Part shown: in pieces, positions 20,965-29,571 of the stretch
How the letters are laid out: each line of letters starts with the position of its first letter
Numbering within the stretch: the stretch's first letter is position 1
NCBI GenBank assembly: GCA_963663275.1
Contig: OY760183.1
Location: forward strand, 3,467,183 to 3,531,182
Direction of reading: 5' to 3'
Origin: Chloroflexota bacterium
Lineage (GTDB): Bacteria; Chloroflexota; UBA11872; VXOZ01
Length of the DNA: 64,000 nt
Position numbers and translations under genes: made by a program
The notes under the pieces: generated by a model
Seen by the model: the letters and a program-made list of their open reading frames with translations, nothing else
What the model was told of the DNA's origin: nothing
Database searches by the model: none

Positions 20965-21789
20965 ATGGACCGCACAGCCCGCATCGCGCAGCGCATCACC
21001 GGAGCGCGGATATTCGAGTACGCCATCATCGCGCTCATCCTCGCGAGCGGCGCGCTGCTCGGACTCGCCACCTCGCCCGACATCGTCGACCAGTACGGCG
21101 ACGCGATCGCGATGGGCAACCGGGTCATCCTCGGCGTGTTCATCGTGGAGGCCGCGCTGAAGATGCTGGCGCTCGCCCCGACTCCCCAGCGCTACTTCCG
21201 CGACGGCTGGAACGTCTTCGACTTCGCCATCATCGTCTTCGCGCTCGTGCCCGCGACCGGCTCGTTCGCGATGGTCGCGCGGCTCGGACGGCTGCTGCGC
21301 GTGCTGCGCCTCATCTCCGCGATCAAGGAGCTGCGGCTCATCGTCGGGGCGCTCGTGCGCTCCATCCCCAGCGTCGCCAACATCATGATGCTCATGAGCA
21401 TCGTCGTGTACATCTACGCCATCGTCGGCTACCACCTCTTCCACGAGGCCGACCCTACCCACTGGCGCACGCTCGGCATATCGCTGCTGTCGCTCTTCCG
21501 CGTCATCACGCTGGAGGACTGGACGGACATCATGTACGCCGCGATGGAGCACAACGGCCTCGCGTGGCTCTACTTCCTCAGCTTCGTGGTCGGCGGCACG
21601 TTCGTCGTGGCGAACCTCTTCATCGCGGTCGTCATCAACAATCTGGACAAGGCGAAGGTCGACCAGCTCAAGACGCTGGAGGAGCCGGTCTCGCGGGAGG
21701 AACTGCTGCGCGAACTCCGCACGACGCAGGAGACGCTCCGCCGCCTGGAGGACCGGCTCGGCGCATACGGAGAGGAGGAGGGGCGGTAG
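20965..21789 (+). CDS. Bacterial voltage-gated Na+/Ca2+ channel (BacNav family)
   Basis: Six TM pattern, YFRDGWNVFDF, S4 RLGRLLRVLRLI, pore TLEDWTD and S6 ANLFIAVVI. Confidence 0.92.
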   Translation: MDRTARIAQRITGARIFEYAIIALILASGALLGLATSPDIVDQYGDAIAMGNRVILGVFIVEAALKMLALAPTPQRYFRDGWNVFDFAIIVFALVPATGSFAMVARLGRLLRVLRLISAIKELRLIVGALVRSIPSVANIMMLMSIVVYIYAIVGYHLFHEADPTHWRTLGISLLSLFRVITLEDWTDIMYAAMEHNGLAWLYFLSFVVGGTFVVANLFIAVVINNLDKAKVDQLKTLEEPVSREELLRELRTTQETLRRLEDRLGAYGEEEGR

Positions 21790-21798
21790 CCCTCTCTC

Positions 21799-21824
21799 GT
21801 CATTCCCGCGCAGGCGGGAATCCA
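21799..21824. repeat. dRS3-like palindrome ATTCCC-N8-GGGAAT
   Basis: GTCATTCCCGCGCAGGCGGGAATCCA, identical to 3865-3890. Confidence 0.9.
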
Positions 21825-22008
21825 GTGGCCCTGGACAAGGTGTGCAACCGGCCTCGGAAGCTGCACATCTTGTTACCGTCGCTACGAGTAAACCAAGGGT
21901 TCCGTTTGAGCATCTTGAGCACCTTGTGTTGCTCTGCGCAAGGCCGCGGCCTGCTTCCCGTGAAAGTTGAACAAGGTGTGCGATGATTTCAAAAGTTTGC
22001 GGCCTGAC

Positions 22009-22158
22009 CCATAGACCAGATCTATGGCTGGGCGCCGAGCTATAGACGCTCTCTATGGCTGCTGTCCGCACGACGGTCATGGAACCAGCGTACGCGGTCA
22101 GAGGGTGACCACGAAAGGGGCGCGTGTCACTGGGGTGATAGCCCGCGCAGGCGGGGGA
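22009..22158 (+). repeat. Dispersed hairpin-rich element, copy 2
   Basis: CCATAGACCAGATCTATGG...GAGCTATAGACGCTCTCTATGG...ACCAGCGTACGC...AAAGGGGCGCGTGTCAC, followed by a degenerate dRS3-like half. Confidence 0.85.
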
Positions 22159-22409
22159 AGCGCGCAGCCCTCTTGTCATTCCTGCCTACCCACTAGCTAG
22201 GCACGAGCTTCGTGTCGGGGTCAAGGCAATCCACAACCACACGCTACCCGCGCCTCGGAGCGCACTTGCCCCGCCTGCGCTTGATGCCTTGTTTACGGCT
22301 ACGATGAGCGCCACTCCATTGACGGGGTTCTACGCGGGTTGGACAATGAAGCGGCTGGAGGTATCAGTTCCTGCCCTTGGCGCAGCCCACCCCTATCAGG
22401 AGGTAAAGC

Positions 22410-22685
22410 ATGGGCAACGATAACCACCACCGGACGCGAGGTTTCTCACAGGAGGAGGTCACGCTCGCCCTGCGCATCCTGCGCTGGGTCGTCGATGCGC
22501 TTGGCCCTTCGCCTGCGATAGAGGCAGTCACTCGCGCCCAGCGCATCTTGCGTTGGATAGCCGACGCGCTCGACCCATTTACAACGCGGGCAGCCGTGCC
22601 GCCTGCGGCTGCTCAGGTGGAGGCACTCGCCGAGAAGCCGTCCCTGACTCCAGACGAGGTGCGCCTGTTCGAGGTGCTGAACTGA
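22410..22685 (+). CDS. Small hypothetical protein
   Basis: AGGAGG RBS upstream; internal repeat RILRWV/IxDAL; no family recognised. Confidence 0.55.
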   Translation: MGNDNHHRTRGFSQEEVTLALRILRWVVDALGPSPAIEAVTRAQRILRWIADALDPFTTRAAVPPAAAQVEALAEKPSLTPDEVRLFEVLN

Positions 22686-22879
22686 TGTCGCCCGAAGGGC
22701 TGTTCGTGCTGCTCAGGGCTGCTGGCGTGCTGCTCATCATCGGCGGCCCAGCGCTGCTCGCCATCGGTGCCTGGGGTGGCGGCAGGTTGACGAGCAAGGA
22801 CTTCGTGGGTGCCGCGTGGCTGGTCGGGTTCGGGTTCGTGCTGATATGGGTGGTCGGAGTGGTGCAAGGCACAGCATGA
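22685..22879 (+). CDS. Small two-TM membrane protein
   Basis: TGATG coupling to the upstream ORF; two hydrophobic stretches. Confidence 0.55.
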   Translation: MSPEGLFVLLRAAGVLLIIGGPALLAIGAWGGGRLTSKDFVGAAWLVGFGFVLIWVVGVVQGTA

Positions 22880-23174
22880 CCCTCCGAAAGCAGGGTCACT
22901 TCCACGCGACGTAGGGCTGGCTTAGCGGGCACGGGGAGGAGCGGTAGGGCGGGTTGTCTCCTCCGTCATTCAAGTGGAATCTGGCATCCCAGCGTGTGGG
23001 TGCGCTCCAGCGTGTAGCACTAAGACAATCTTGGCCTGCGCAATCTCATAGGCCGCTCCAGAGCCCCTCTGATCTGGGAGTACTGCATTACTGGCCTGAG
23101 TATCAGACCAGCGCGTGCTTTGCCTTCGATGCATGCGCTACGAACCGAGTCATGATTTCCCTCCTCCGCATTCG

Positions 23175-23381
23175 CTACAGTTGCTCCATTGCAGCGTTCA
23201 CAACCGCTTCTGGCATTCCATAGTGGTCAACCAGTGTTCGCCGTAAGTCATCCACTGGCAACTCCTGCTGGGGAGACATCAGCACGATCGGCGGTGCGGC
23301 GGAGTTGAGGCGATTCCGATACACCACGAATATGGTGGCCACCTCGTAGCCGAGTTGGTCCATCAGTGCGTCAGGATCCAT
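23175..23381 (-). CDS. HicA-like small protein (divergent)
   Basis: LGYE..., short beta strands and LPVDDLRRTL...G pattern; directly downstream of a HicB-like gene. Confidence 0.45.
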   Translation of the reverse strand: MDPDALMDQLGYEVATIFVVYRNRLNSAAPPIVLMSPQQELPVDDLRRTLVDHYGMPEAVVNAAMEQL

Positions 23382-23390
23382 GGTACTCGT

Positions 23391-23714
23391 TTACTCTACG
23401 CCGGCGAGTGCCAGAGGTACCTCAAAGGTCTGGCTTCCTCCGGTGGGTAGAGGAGCCAGTGGCGACTCATTCGTGAAAGATATGGAGACTTGGCTCCCGC
23501 TCAGGTACGCAACCAACTGCTCCCTGGAACTGAACCCATCGGCCCAGAGAGCCACTGCGACCTGCGCACGCGCGAACAGGGATGCCAAGTCCCTCGCGTA
23601 GACGTACGTACCAATCTGGTCGATCCAACCGGCCAGATATTCCTCGCCCTGCTCGGGAAGGCGGCGCTCCACGGTGATACTGAGATTTGCTCTCATGGTC
23701 TCTGACCTCATCAC
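23391..23714 (-). CDS. HicB-like antitoxin
   Basis: ITVE...EEYLAGWIDQIGTYVYARDLASLFARAQVAVAL resembles the HicB N-terminal fold; GGAG RBS. Confidence 0.55.
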   Translation of the reverse strand: MMRSETMRANLSITVERRLPEQGEEYLAGWIDQIGTYVYARDLASLFARAQVAVALWADGFSSREQLVAYLSGSQVSISFTNESPLAPLPTGGSQTFEVPLALAGVE

Positions 23715-23919
23715 TCGTCTCCTCTTTCTCCTATCTCCTCTGAAGCTAGAGTACCATAGCGGCGCGTCACGGGCGCGTCAACTGCCCGCCGCAGCGGGCT
23801 TCCATGCCTAGTCATGGCAGTGCTCATCCGACGCGGTAGAACTGAATCATCCACGCCGCTGGCTCAGCGCGCAGCCGCGCCCAGCCGAGAGCACCACCTC
23901 GTCCAAGCTCAACGCGGCC

Positions 23920-24078
23920 CCATAGGCTCTGCCTATGGCTGGCCCCCGAGCTATAGACGCTGTCTTATGGCTGCTGTCCGCACGACGGTCATGCGACCAG
24001 CGTACGCAATCGCGCGACGACTGCGTAAGAGGCGCGTGTCACTGATCCGACGGCCCGCGCAGGTGGGAACCTCGCAGC
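23920..24078 (+). repeat. Dispersed hairpin-rich element, copy 3
   Basis: Aligns closely with 22009-22158 over about 120 bp. Confidence 0.85.
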
Positions 24079-24167
24079 AAGGAAGGGACGCAGGGCTATG
24101 GCTTTGATGCAAAACCCCTCCCTGATGCAAAAGGCGGGAGGCTGATGCAAAGCCCCTAACCAGTTGG

Positions 24168-25445
24168 TCAGCAGTAGAACCCTTGGGCACGGTCACCCAT
24201 TGCGGTCATCTCATTGGCCAATGCTAGGAGCGTACTCGGTAGTTGATCGTCCCTGAACTCATAAATCCGCGCCGCCATCCGAGACAGGAACCCATAGTGG
24301 TCTTGGCATGTGGCCGGGACTCCCTGCACCTCAGTGATGCTATCAGCAACAGCGAGCAGTTGAGTCGTCACTTTGCGACGCTGGGGCGAGTTGGGGTCTT
24401 GGAGAATGAAGGTTGAATCGATTTCTTCACCCATAATCCTCGCGAGTTCGAGTGCTATGGGCGTGACCGCATCCAGGTACTCCACAAGGGTGAGTTCTAT
24501 GGGTGTTGGAGTCGGACGTGGTGTCGGTGTTGGGGAGGGAGTCGGCGTGGGCGTGGGCGGTAGTCCCATCAAATTTCCCAGCTCTAGGTCGTTCACAATG
24601 GTGTGAAGCCAGATTGCGATGGTGGTGTCTGGTGGCCACCAGAACCCGAGCTCTTCCATGAACGCCCGGCTTTCCAATGAGGGCGTATCCACTGAGGCCT
24701 CGTAGCCTAGGTGGATACCCGTGAGAATCCCTATGATCTTGTACTCTCCTGCTGTGACCAATGCGCCGCCAGAGTAACCCCTCTCCACCTCCACATCGGA
24801 CCCTATCTCGTTCAGCCCTCGAATGCCGATGATTTCTCCAGATGAAGCGACAACTTGGCCGTTGTCTTCATAAGCGACTGCGTACACTCTGTCCCCTCGC
24901 TGCGGGATGCCTTCCTGTACCAACTCTGCTGCAAGGAACACCGGGGAACAGCAAACAGACAACAAGGCGATGTCCAGCTCAGCGTCATACACCTCGATCT
25001 CCGCTGGGAAGCTCTTGGCACCGTACTTACCTGCAATGCTCACCTCGATACCTTGTGGGGTCTCGTCGACGACATGGTAAGCAGTGAGGATGTAAGCGGC
25101 TCCCCTGGGGTCAGTGCTGATGACGACTCCGGAGCCGCGAAAGCCGATGTCCAAGCCGAGACGCGTGACGATGTTCACCAAGCTCCGGTCGTAGCGATCC
25201 AGTCCGGCCCCGATTGGGTACGGTGTCGGAGTCGCCGTCGGTCGTGGGGTCGGCGTCGGGGTGAACGTGGGTAGGGGCGTTGGAGAAGGCAGAGGCGTGA
25301 GATTGGGGGTGCGGGTTGGGGTCGGGACAGGAGCGTTCGTGGGAGTCGGTGGGACGGGAGTATTGGTTGGCCCAGATGGAGAAGGCTCGACAGCCGTGCA
25401 GGCTACGAGCAGCAGCACTCCCGTGAGGAACAATGAACGTAGCAC
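24168..25445 (-). CDS. Trypsin-like serine protease lipoprotein with Pro/Thr linkers
   Basis: Lipobox LVAC, PT repeats and an intact triad (TAYHVV / LDIALL / GYSGG); GGAGG RBS before the GTG. Confidence 0.82.
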   Translation of the reverse strand: MLRSLFLTGVLLLVACTAVEPSPSGPTNTPVPPTPTNAPVPTPTRTPNLTPLPSPTPLPTFTPTPTPRPTATPTPYPIGAGLDRYDRSLVNIVTRLGLDIGFRGSGVVISTDPRGAAYILTAYHVVDETPQGIEVSIAGKYGAKSFPAEIEVYDAELDIALLSVCCSPVFLAAELVQEGIPQRGDRVYAVAYEDNGQVVASSGEIIGIRGLNEIGSDVEVERGYSGGALVTAGEYKIIGILTGIHLGYEASVDTPSLESRAFMEELGFWWPPDTTIAIWLHTIVNDLELGNLMGLPPTPTPTPSPTPTPRPTPTPIELTLVEYLDAVTPIALELARIMGEEIDSTFILQDPNSPQRRKVTTQLLAVADSITEVQGVPATCQDHYGFLSRMAARIYEFRDDQLPSTLLALANEMTAMGDRAQGFYC

Positions 25446-25647
25446 GAGGAACCCTCCTGTGGCATAGGCGAAGGTGCTTGCAACAGCGCTTCTGACCCAC
25501 GTGAACCCGACAGGAGGGCGCATGGCCCTCCGTCTATGCTCAGATGGGTTCACGCCCACACTTAGGTGGGCGGGTACATCAAAGCGCTGTTGCACATAGC
25601 ACCATAGCCGAGAGTGGCGATGGGCTGCAAGCAGCGAGAGTTGGGCC

Positions 25648-25711
25648 CGCGCTGCGCAGGAGGCGCTCCGCCGCTTGGAGGATCGGCTCAGGGGGTATGG
25701 TAGGGGCGGTA
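25648..25711 (+). repeat. Diverged direct copy of the ion-channel gene 3' end (21718-21789)
   Basis: CGCAGGAGGCGCTCCGCCGCTTGGAGGATCGGCTC versus CGCAGGAGACGCTCCGCCGCCTGGAGGACCGGCTC; both are followed by GGGGCGGTA. Confidence 0.8.
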
Positions 25712-25730
25712 AGGAGCTACTGAGACTGGA

Positions 25731-26951
25731 CTACTCTGAATCTGACAGTGCATCGGCGGCTTCAAACCCGCTATGCGTAACTCTAAACCACTCTCCTTTA
25801 CCGCTGATATCCTGGACAAACCCTAGGGTCACAAGATTCTGTAGCGCCTGTTCCCATTGGGCCTCAGACCTAGTATTGCCCATCTCAGGGAATTGCTTAC
25901 GATTAGTTTCAAGTATCAATCCGCCGAATACACGGACTTTGTGTATATTGCCGTTAGGGTCTTTAACTGCTTCTGATAGAAGCAGTTTACAATCGTCAGA
26001 AAAGTCCTGCTGCCGCTCAGTGGTAGTATCTGGTTTTGACGATTCTTTTGGCAGGGCTGCAATCACAGCATCGAAGTCACCAGCTTTGTACCAACGCCTT
26101 CCATCCAGCTTAACTGGACATCCGGCCGCCTCCAGGCGCTGCGCGAAGTCTTGACGCTGTTCTGGAGAGCTATCCAATCGGATTGTATGTATTCCTGAAA
26201 TATTGCTGAATGGCCGTAGGTTGCCGAGTTGCACTATAACTGTGCGACTCGGATGGCTAGCCATCGCTGCGCCTGCTTCAAATAGCACATTCTGTCTTGC
26301 CTGTCCGGTTAGGACAGACTCAAAGGAACCATCATCTGGTTTGCGGAGTTGCTCTATAAGCCGCGCTTCGTCATCTGGAGTCAACAGCACTACCACAGCA
26401 TGCGCTTGTGAGAAAGCGGCATTCAATATCTCACCGATATACGGTGCCGGGTTACCTGTTGCTTTTACAGCCTCAGACCACTCTATCGGATGAAGATCAA
26501 TCGATTGAAGGAATTCAAAGACGGCGTCGCGCGCAGCATCATTTCTACCATGAGAGACGAAGACGGCTCGTGCATCTGCTGAGGGTCTGGATTGCTGGTC
26601 ATCGACAACTGAACTCGATTCACTGCCAGGTGGTTTAGTTATCAACATGTTGGTGACGTCTCGCCCTTTATTTGCGATGTCCGAATCAATGGTAGTATCG
26701 GCAAAAACGTTGCCAGATCGTCGCTCCTGCTCTACTTCAAGACGGAGATGACTGGAATCTATCTCAGTTTCAGTAATTCGCAGTTGTTCAATGTCATCGA
26801 CTGATATTGACTGGCCGTTGATTGTGATTGGTTGTCCCGCATGATAAGGGGCAATGATACGTTCTTCTAGTTCTTCCCAGTGCAAATCAAGCCAGACTAC
26901 ATCCCAAGAGCGGTCTGATTTCTTTGTGATGCTTACGTGATAACAAGTCAT
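25731..26951 (-). CDS. TIR-like nucleotide-binding domain protein (Cap12/PycTIR-type TIR) with a C-terminal helical domain
   Basis: VFVSHGR, AVVVLLTPDD, ARQNVLFEAG and PFSNISGI motifs; markedly AT-rich. Confidence 0.85.
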   Translation of the reverse strand: MTCYHVSITKKSDRSWDVVWLDLHWEELEERIIAPYHAGQPITINGQSISVDDIEQLRITETEIDSSHLRLEVEQERRSGNVFADTTIDSDIANKGRDVTNMLITKPPGSESSSVVDDQQSRPSADARAVFVSHGRNDAARDAVFEFLQSIDLHPIEWSEAVKATGNPAPYIGEILNAAFSQAHAVVVLLTPDDEARLIEQLRKPDDGSFESVLTGQARQNVLFEAGAAMASHPSRTVIVQLGNLRPFSNISGIHTIRLDSSPEQRQDFAQRLEAAGCPVKLDGRRWYKAGDFDAVIAALPKESSKPDTTTERQQDFSDDCKLLLSEAVKDPNGNIHKVRVFGGLILETNRKQFPEMGNTRSEAQWEQALQNLVTLGFVQDISGKGEWFRVTHSGFEAADALSDSE

Positions 26952-27038
26952 GTGGTACCCTCAGGAACGTGTTGATTTCGTCTGGGCTGTCAGCCTCGCT
27001 ATGCGGCCTGAGCTGATTCTACTCCACCTGTCAGCTTC

Positions 27039-27195
27039 GTGACACGCGCCCCTTTCGCGGTCGCCCTGCGCACGTGTGGCCTGGCGGTCACGCTGGATTC
27101 CCGTCGGTGCGGGAATGACGAGACTCCTGCATCTCAGGGGCTGCGAGGTTCCTGTCTCCGCAGGAACGACGGGGGGCACAGGAACGACGGGGGTA
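27039..27195. repeat. Island-border motif (inverted) plus dRS3-like and GTTCCT-N8-AGGAAC palindromes
   Basis: GTGACACGCGCCCCTTTCGCGGTCGC is the exact reverse complement of 3773-3798; palindromes lie at 27097-27116 and ~27148-27167. Confidence 0.85.
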
Positions 27196-29529
27196 CGCGG
27201 GAACGATGGGGCCTACCCGCGCGAGGAGCGGCTGCCGCGGCGCGCCGAGGCTTTGCCCTTGCGCCCCCGAGGAGCCACTCCGCGAGGAAGCGCCGTTCCG
27301 CGCAGCGGCCCCGTTGCGAGCGGCTGCGCCGTTCTTGGAGGCGGCCCCGTTGCGCGGGGCGGGGCGGGACGGCGACTTGTGCGCCGTGCGGCTCACGCTG
27401 CGCACGCCGCGCACGCCCTCGATCCGCGTGAACAGCCGCGAGAGCTGCTCGATGCTCGTCACCTGCGTGGTCAGGTGGATGACCACCATCCCGCCCTCGA
27501 CCGGCTCCGTCGTGGAGCCGGCGATGTTCACGTGCTCGGCGGACGTCGCGCCCGTGATGTCGTGCAGCAGCCCCACGCGGTCGAAGCACTCGATGACGAT
27601 GCGGGCGGGGAAGACGTTGCGGCTCTGCCCCCACGTCACCGGCACGATGCGGTCCGTCTCCGACACGCTGCGGACGTTGGGGCAGTCCACCTTGTGGACG
27701 GTGACGCCCCGCGTGCGGGTGATGAAGCCCTCGATCTCGTCGCCCGGCAGCGGGTTGCAGCACTCGCCCATGCGGGTGAGGAGGTCGCCGACGCCGAGGA
27801 CGCTGACGCTGCCGAGCACGGGGGCCTCGGGCGTGTCCGGCGCTTCCCGCGGCAGCGCGCGCTCCGCCGCCGCCTGCGCCGCGGAGAGCCGCCCTGCGAT
27901 CTGCGCTATCGTCACGAGCCCGGAGCCGATCGCCGCGTACAGGTCGTCCGTGTGCTCGTAGTGGAACCAGCGGGCGACCTCGACCTCGTCCACCTGCGCG
28001 GAGAGGCGCTTCAGCTCCTTCTTCAGGATGGCGCGCCCCCGCTCGATGTTCGTGCCGCGCTCCTGGTGCCGGAACCACGAGCGTATCGCCTGCCGCGCGC
28101 TCGCCGTCTTCACGTAGTCCAGGTGCGGGTTCAGCCAGTCCAGGCTCGGCCCGCGCGCCACCTTGCTGGTCAGCACCTCGACGGTGTCGCCGTTCTTCAG
28201 CGGCGTGTTGAGGGCGACGAGCCGCCCGTTCACCTTCGCGCCGATGCACTTGTGGCCGATCTCCGTGTGGATGCGGTAGGCGAAGTCGATGGGCGTCGCG
28301 CCCGCGGGCAGTTCGCGTATCTCGTTCTTCGGGGTGTAGACGAACACCTGGTCGCGGAAGAGGTCGCCGGTGACGTTCTCCAGGAACTCGTCGGTCACGC
28401 TCACGTCGCGCTGCCACTCCAGCAGCTGGCGGAGCCACGTCATCCGCTCCTCGAACTGGCTGCTGCGCGCGCCGCCTTCCTTGTAGCTCCAGTGGGACGC
28501 GACGCCGTACTCGGAGATGCGGTGCATCTCGTGCGTGCGCACCTGCACCTCCACCGGCAGCCCGTCGATGGAGCGCACCGTCGTGTGCAGCGACTGGTAC
28601 ATGTTCTCCTTGGGGCTGGCGATGTAGTCGTCGAACTGGCCGGGAACGGGGCGCCAGAGCGAGTGCACGAGGCCGAGCACGCCGTAGCAGTCCTGCACCG
28701 TGGGGACGAGGACGCGCACCGCGAAGAGGTCGTAGATGTCGCTCATCTGCTTCCCCTGCGCGGCGTACGACTGCGTCTTCCGGAAGATGCTGTAGATGTG
28801 CTTGGGGCGTCCGGTCACCTCGGCGTCGAAGCCGGCGTTGGCGAGCTCGTCCCGCAGCAGGTCGGTCACCTGCTTGATGTACGCCTCCCGCTCCGTGCGC
28901 TTGGTGGAGAGCAGGGTGGAGATGCTCCGGTACTGGTTCGGCTGGATGTAGCGGAAGGCGAGGTCCTCCAGCTGCCACTTGATCTCGCCCATGCCGAGGC
29001 GGTGCGCGAGCGGTGCGTAGATGTCCAGCGTCTCCTGCGCGATGGCGACGCGCCGGTCCGGCGGCAGCGCGCGGAGCGTCTGCATGTTGTGCAGCCGGTC
29101 CGCCAGCTTGATGAGCACGACGCGGATGTCGTTCGCCATTGCGACGAGCATCTTGCGCAGGCTCTCCGCCTCGCTGTCGCTCTTGGCGATGAGCGGCATG
29201 GCGCCGCCGGTGATGGTGTCCATGCGCGTGAGCTTGGTGACGCCGTCGGCCAGTTTCGCCACGTCCTCGCCGAACTCCCTGCGGAGGTCGTCCAGGCACA
29301 CGTCGCAGTCTTCGAGAACGTCGTGGAGGAGCGCCGCGGCGACCGTCGGCGCGTCGAGGTTGAGGTCGGCGAGGTACTCGGCGACGGAGATGGGGTGCTC
29401 GATGTAGTCCTCGCCGGACCTGCGCTTCTGCCCCTCGTGCGCGGCGGCGGCGAAATCGAGCGCCCGTTCGATCATCTCGGCTCGGTCGCCGGGCAGGTAG
29501 CCGCGCACTTTGTCGAGAAGGCTATGCAC
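27088..29529 (-). CDS. relA: Bifunctional (p)ppGpp synthetase/hydrolase, long RSH
   Basis: HEGQKRRSGEDYIEHP, LLHDVLED, IKLADRLHNM, GRPKHIYSI, YQSLHT, TGS (TPIDFAYRIH) and ACT domains. The C-terminal end is uncertain. Confidence 0.93.
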   Translation of the reverse strand: MHSLLDKVRGYLPGDRAEMIERALDFAAAAHEGQKRRSGEDYIEHPISVAEYLADLNLDAPTVAAALLHDVLEDCDVCLDDLRREFGEDVAKLADGVTKLTRMDTITGGAMPLIAKSDSEAESLRKMLVAMANDIRVVLIKLADRLHNMQTLRALPPDRRVAIAQETLDIYAPLAHRLGMGEIKWQLEDLAFRYIQPNQYRSISTLLSTKRTEREAYIKQVTDLLRDELANAGFDAEVTGRPKHIYSIFRKTQSYAAQGKQMSDIYDLFAVRVLVPTVQDCYGVLGLVHSLWRPVPGQFDDYIASPKENMYQSLHTTVRSIDGLPVEVQVRTHEMHRISEYGVASHWSYKEGGARSSQFEERMTWLRQLLEWQRDVSVTDEFLENVTGDLFRDQVFVYTPKNEIRELPAGATPIDFAYRIHTEIGHKCIGAKVNGRLVALNTPLKNGDTVEVLTSKVARGPSLDWLNPHLDYVKTASARQAIRSWFRHQERGTNIERGRAILKKELKRLSAQVDEVEVARWFHYEHTDDLYAAIGSGLVTIAQIAGRLSAAQAAAERALPREAPDTPEAPVLGSVSVLGVGDLLTRMGECCNPLPGDEIEGFITRTRGVTVHKVDCPNVRSVSETDRIVPVTWGQSRNVFPARIVIECFDRVGLLHDITGATSAEHVNIAGSTTEPVEGGMVVIHLTTQVTSIEQLSRLFTRIEGVRGVRSVSRTAHKSPSRPAPRNGAASKNGAAARNGAAARNGASSRSGSSGAQGQSLGAPRQPLLARVGPIVPAYPRRSCAPRRSCGDRNLAAPEMQESRHSRTDGNPA

Positions 29530-29571
29530 GCCCGCATTATACGGCCAACGGCAACTTACTATAATGGGCCG
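29530..29571. promoter_or_regulatory. Back-to-back leaderless promoters for relA and hisS
   Basis: TATAAT at 29560-65 (+), 6 nt before the hisS ATG; TATAAT at 29541-36 (-), 6 nt before the relA GTG; no SD sequence. Confidence 0.75.
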
